A stretch of DNA of 64,000 nucleotides from Scyliorhinus canicula. Its lineage: Eukaryota. Where the stretch lies: NCBI RefSeq assembly GCF_902713615.1, contig NW_024055744.1:532593-596592 (forward strand), written 5' to 3'. The position numbers were made by a program, and so were the translations under genes. Under the pieces are notes generated by a model. The model did not search any database and had not been told where the DNA came from. It saw only the letters and a program-made list of their open reading frames with translations. Shown piece after piece: positions 61,380 to 64,000 of this stretch (its first letter is position 1; every line of letters begins with the position of its first letter).

Positions 61380-61900
61380 TTCGGAAAGCGGCAGGAAAGG
61401 TCTAGTCGCCACATTTTAGGAAGGATGTGATTGCACTGGAGGGGGTACAGAGCCGATTCACTAGAATGTTACCTGGGTGCAACATTTAAGTTATGAAGAA
61501 AGGTTTGATAGACTTGGAATGTTTTCGATGGAGCAGAGAAGACTGAGGGGTGACCTGATCGAGGTGCACATAGACACGCCCTTAGTTGAAGGGTCACTTA
61601 CGAGGGGACACACGTTCAAGGTGAGGGACAGGACGTTCGGGGGGATTTGAGGAAAATCATTTTCACCCAGAAGGTGGCATCAGTCTGGAATGGACTACCT
61701 GGGAGGTTGGTAGAGGCGGATTGCCTCACATCCTTTAAAAAGTACCTAGATGAGCATTTGGTACGTCATAACATTCAAACCTACGGGCCAAGTGCTGGCA
61801 AATGGGATTCGGTAGAGAGGTCAGATTTCTTTCATGCGTTGGCGCAGACTCTATGGGCTGAAGGGCCTCGTCTGCACTGTATTATGCCGTGAGTCTGTGG
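61380..61900 (+). mobile_element. CR1 LINE 3' fragment
   Basis: ORF 61647..61892 (IFTQKVASVWNGLPGRLVEA) plus gggcctcgtctgcactgt tail. Confidence 0.75.
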
Positions 61901-62011
61901 CGGATGGATTGGTGAATAGACATGTAGATTGTTTTATACTGCTTTGTACTCAAGCATTTCATTGAATCATCCCTGTGTGTACGGTTACTTTAATTCTACC
62001 CTTGTTTTAGC

Positions 62012-62305
62012 AGCTGTTCTTTGTTACTCGGGGCACTTGAGATATCGATGGGCCCGACCAACCGATGGGCAAGGACAGACCATTTCGATTCATCACAATG
62101 CTACATGCCCAACAAAGGACTTTGTATCCTGGTCCCAGCAGTTATTTAATCAGGCTCCCGATTATCTGATCTTCACAGTCATGGATGGAAGAGTTGAAGG
62201 AATGTTTAAAGTAACTGTGGACCGCGAGAAAAGTTCCATCGCTCAAACTGTTAATACGGTTGAGGTGTCAGACACTGCGGTGCATTAGAATAACGTGAGA
62301 CACTG
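62012..62305 (+). pseudogene. Highly diverged V-domain remnant
   Basis: ..DFVSWSQQLFNQAPDYLIF..MFKVTVDREKSSIAQTVNTVEVSDTAVH*; possible decayed heptamer GACACTG at 62299-62305; both Cys lost. Confidence 0.5.
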
Positions 62306-62816
62306 GGAATCAAAGACACGAGGAGCCTGTAGAATAATTCACTCGACATGGGGACTGTGGGGGACAACCAGTCAATGGGCATTAGAAGTGAGTGTGATAC
62401 AACAAAATTGTCTTAAAATGTTCTCATCGAGAAAGCTATGAAATTAAAGAATCTAATTGTTATTGATAATAATGTAATTTGCAGGTTCACCTTCAGTAGA
62501 AAAAATAAATAACTCACCTTGAAGCTTTGGCTTATTGAACTTTGATGACATCTTACTGAATGTTCAGCAGCTTGTAAGCCTTCCAGTCTTTGTAAATTGA
62601 CAATCCAAATTTAGCAATTGTGGATTCAGCAAATGCATCTATTTATACAAATGAACATGTGCTGTGCAAATGTGGGAATAGCAAAACAATCAAAAAGGTC
62701 ACCGATAATAACCCCAATTCAACCAAACCTATAATAATCTGACATAATGACAATCTAGCAATACAATCCAGCAGTATTCCGGAATAAATCGAGAATTGCT
62801 GTTTCACAGACGGAAT

Positions 62817-62835
62817 GCCAGTAGATGGCGCTCCA
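62817..62835 (+). promoter_or_regulatory. Candidate CTCF site
   Basis: TGCCAGTAGATGGCGCTCC matches the CTCF consensus. Confidence 0.5.
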
Positions 62836-64000
62836 AGACTTTGTTTTTGACGGAAACCTGTTCAGGCGTCAGGTCACCGCTGTTGCAGCTGACAGCTGAG
62901 AATTCGGGGCCAGAAGTTTGGCGCCGTTATTCTTGGTTGCAACGATTATGTATTTAGGGCAAGAGTCTCTCTCTCTAAATTCCGGATTCCATAGCACAGA
63001 ATGAAGTCTTCTGGCGAAGTAATAATGACCGTACCTCTGGTTCAGAATCTCTCAGTTAAAGTCCTATATCAGGCCATGATGGCTGTAGAAGGCACATTCC
63101 AAACGTGATCAAACAGGTTGATTATCCGCTTGTAAATACTTCCAACAAACCTGCTGGCAGGCGATATGTGCAGGAGAGATTCGTGGTCAGCCATATTGCA
63201 GAATGCAACGGCAAACTACCGCAGCACTTTGTCAAGCTTAATCATGCCCGATCCAATGAAAGATTCTGATCCCCAACACCCTTCAAGAGTGATAAAGCAA
63301 AGTATTGTAATATCACATGGGTAAGTCCGAATAACAGGTTTAGCACAATGTTTCCAATCGATATCATTCCTTACTGTTTCATAGAGAGAAAGGGTTTTCA
63401 TCTGTCCATTATTTCGCTCCCGAAAGTTCTCGTTAGTCTTTGCTACAAGGTCAAATTAAACGGAAGATAGCTGGACTCACAAATCCTTTTCTCCACGGTA
63501 CGTTTATCGTTTCCGGCCGAGAATTAAACATTCCCACTGCCGTCTGTGTCAATAATATTTATAATATTTCCAACATCACAATAGCGACTTCATTGGAAAC
63601 TTACTCCCTGAGGTTACCATGGCACCCGGGGTCAGTAAAACACCCTGCATCAACACGAATTGATTTTCTCTTAGCGACCGATATTGGATTCCTGGGGTTA
63701 AGTCTACTGTCCGCCCATTGGTTTTTTTTAAAAATTTCCTTCTTTATTTCAAAATGTTTCTTACCCGGCTTCGGTTGATAAGTGATCACCAACTCTTGTG
63801 ATTTCACGGATTTTCTCTCCAGTGTGCTCATCACTTTCCGCTCCACAGGACACTGGCAATGTGCCTGGAACAAATATTCGGGCAGTTTTTTCGGTGACCC
63901 TGACGGAAATTGACCTTCTATTAAGGGCGAGCCAATGGCTGAGAGACTGATGCCCCATCTGTCAGTCAGCGCCCTGATCAACTGCATAAACACATATCGA

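Overview
Vertebrate genomic DNA, most likely from a shark (inferred from the SINE/LINE/Penelope families and the V-gene sequences). The window is part of a T-cell receptor alpha/delta-type V-segment cluster; I found no D, J or C segment. There are three apparently intact V genes with leader exon, V exon and 22/23-nt-spacer RSS (4039-4536, 26747-27358, 30128-30684). About nine V pseudogenes or remnants occur in both orientations. An intact two-exon class A GPCR (GPR139/142-like, 332 aa) lies among the V genes. From about 33.5 to 57.2 kb, 2.3-2.5-kb tandem units carry tRNA genes (Pro, Val, Asn, Arg, plus a single Thr) and are duplicated together with V segments. The most striking observation is a tRNA-Pro family (TGG and CGG anticodons) with an 18-nt insertion exactly at the canonical 37/38 intron position. 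This isotype is not among the usual intron-containing vertebrate tRNAs. The rest is a 3-kb 25-bp minisatellite and decayed retroelements (CR1-group, L1, Rex1/Babar, Penelope-like, Gypsy gag, SINEs). All calls are by eye and family comparisons are from memory; repeat boundaries are approximate.
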